Source: Candidatus Marinacidobacterales bacterium (lineage in GTDB: Bacteria; Acidobacteriota; Vicinamibacteria; Marinacidobacterales; DATDRI01). From it: a stretch of DNA of 64,000 bases. Below, one piece after another: positions 62,981 through 64,000 of the stretch. The position numbers and the translations under genes were made by a program. The stretch spans positions 1,856,001 through 1,920,000 of the forward strand of contig OZ245365.1 of assembly GCA_965226495.1 (NCBI GenBank), read 5' to 3'. The stretch's first letter is position 1. Each line of letters opens with the position of its first letter. The notes below the pieces were generated by a model. The model worked only from the letters and a program-made list of their open reading frames with translations. It searched no databases and was not told the DNA's origin.

Positions 62981-63035
62981 CCCCAACATATAGTGGGTGT
63001 GGGATTTTAACAACGATCAAACATGTTATGCACAA
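62981..63035. promoter_or_regulatory. Candidate NrdR box (62981-62996) and DnaA box TTATGCACA
   Basis: CCCCAACATATAGTGG vs consensus acaCwAtATaTwGtgt; TTATNCACA match near 63026. Confidence 0.45.
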
Positions 63036-63264
63036 GTTTTCAAGAGGTTTTCCACGCGCCCACCAACCGCGGTCGCTTTTCACGGGCTAGAGCGCCCGGG
63101 AGATGAGCGAAAGCCGGGGAGTCGCTCTAGCTCGCGAACCACTTCGTCCGGAAACATGGACTTGGTCTCAACATGAACTGCTATTTTTCGACATGGGCTG
63201 CGGTTTTTGTAGCGTGAGCCGCTAAATTTGAGCATGAACTGTTACGAGGCGCGAATTCATAAAG

Positions 63265-63487
63265 TAAGTGCAACACAGCTCCCGGATGAGGTGACCTGGA
63301 ATGTGCCACGATTCCTCAAACGACCAAGAATGGGGACTCGCTAATGACTTATTACCAGATCACCTCGGAAGAACGCTACACCATCGCGGCGCTGCGACGG
63401 GAGGGATTTTGCTCGGCCGAGATCGCGCGGCGCCTGGGGCGCCACCGGAGCACCATCTCGAGAGAGGTCAGGAGGAACAGCTCACCT
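63265..63487 (+). mobile_element. IS30-family 5' fragment, interrupted
   Basis: MTYYQITSEERYTI..EIARRLGRHRSTISREVRRN HTH. Confidence 0.82.
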
Positions 63488-64000
63488 AGCAGCCCGGTGA
63501 AAAAGTCCCGATTCTGCTCACGGAGAAAGTTTGGTGGGCAAGTTCAAGGAAGATGTGATTCGGCGGAACGGCCAAGTTGAGACGCCCAATGGATTGCAGC
63601 GGGGCAAAACGTGCGCCTATGGTCGAGACGAAGCGCAATAAAGCAGCGATCAGACTGGCGTTGAGCTCCGCGTATTCCTTCGGCGTGGCCTTGCCGATGA
63701 GATTGCGCATCAGAATCCCGAGATTGAATCCGGCCACGTGCGTGAGGAGGCGCTTGAGTATATTTTCGTGTCTTCGCAAATGCGTTCGTCGCATGCCTCC
63801 CGCTTCGAGGTAGTGCGCGAAAGGTCGTTCGAGTAACTCGCCGCGACGGCGTATTAATCGCTTACCTCGAGTCCCGCGAATGCGACGTCGGTTCGCGTAG
63901 GTGGCGGCTTGCTCGGCCTGTTTGTCCTTCCATTTGCGGCCACCTCGCTCTGGCTCCGAAATGTAGCTCCGGTATTCTTGTTCGACCAGCTCAACCAGGA
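63486..64000 (-). mobile_element. IS1182/IS5-like DDE transposase 3' end, inserted in the IS30 fragment
   Basis: RRGELLERPFAH..GGMRRTHLR..NILKRLL.HVAGFNL; end CAGCCCGGTGAAAAAGT next to CTAG. Confidence 0.75.

Noticed and set aside
63083-63134. Hammerhead ribozyme (GATGA..GAAA)
   Set aside because: Lacks the CUGAUGA core and the three-stem junction

Overview
GC-rich bacterial chromosome segment; Acidobacteriota/Vicinamibacteria-like by inference from the gene families, not proven. 1-30 kb is mostly backbone: TgpA-like transglutaminase, MFS, CN-hydrolase, a RAYT element, two NarX-type PAS kinases (one broken), tRNA-Met with a small IS3-hit islet, a probable DUF3179 selenoprotein (in-frame UGA plus SECIS-like hairpin), PBP1b, pyk, CBS, VapBC, ETF-QO and a swivel-first aconitase-family enzyme. 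30.3-59.9 kb is an accessory, IS-rich region bracketed by two copies of the aconitase 5' end (24-bp identical core). It holds (i) three copies, one truncated, of a membrane-anchored wHTH-TM-PD40 regulator, the two intact ones facing 11-bp direct-repeat arrays and a shared exported-protein leader; (ii) an XRE/ImmA-like regulator lacking the catalytic Glu, translationally coupled to ino1 and followed by an IPCT/DIPPS fusion (di-myo-inositol-phosphate or inositol-lipid synthesis); (iii) MscS, a Prx pseudogene, an M81 peptidase and lepB; (iv) three IS91/ISCR oriIS-like ends plus IS5, IS256 and integrase-core elements. The window ends with a VIT-vWA gene, an apparently orphan NrdR/DnaA-box region and nested IS30/IS1182-like elements. 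Several 1-2 bp frameshifts may be assembly errors. All calls come from motif recognition; no database searches were run.
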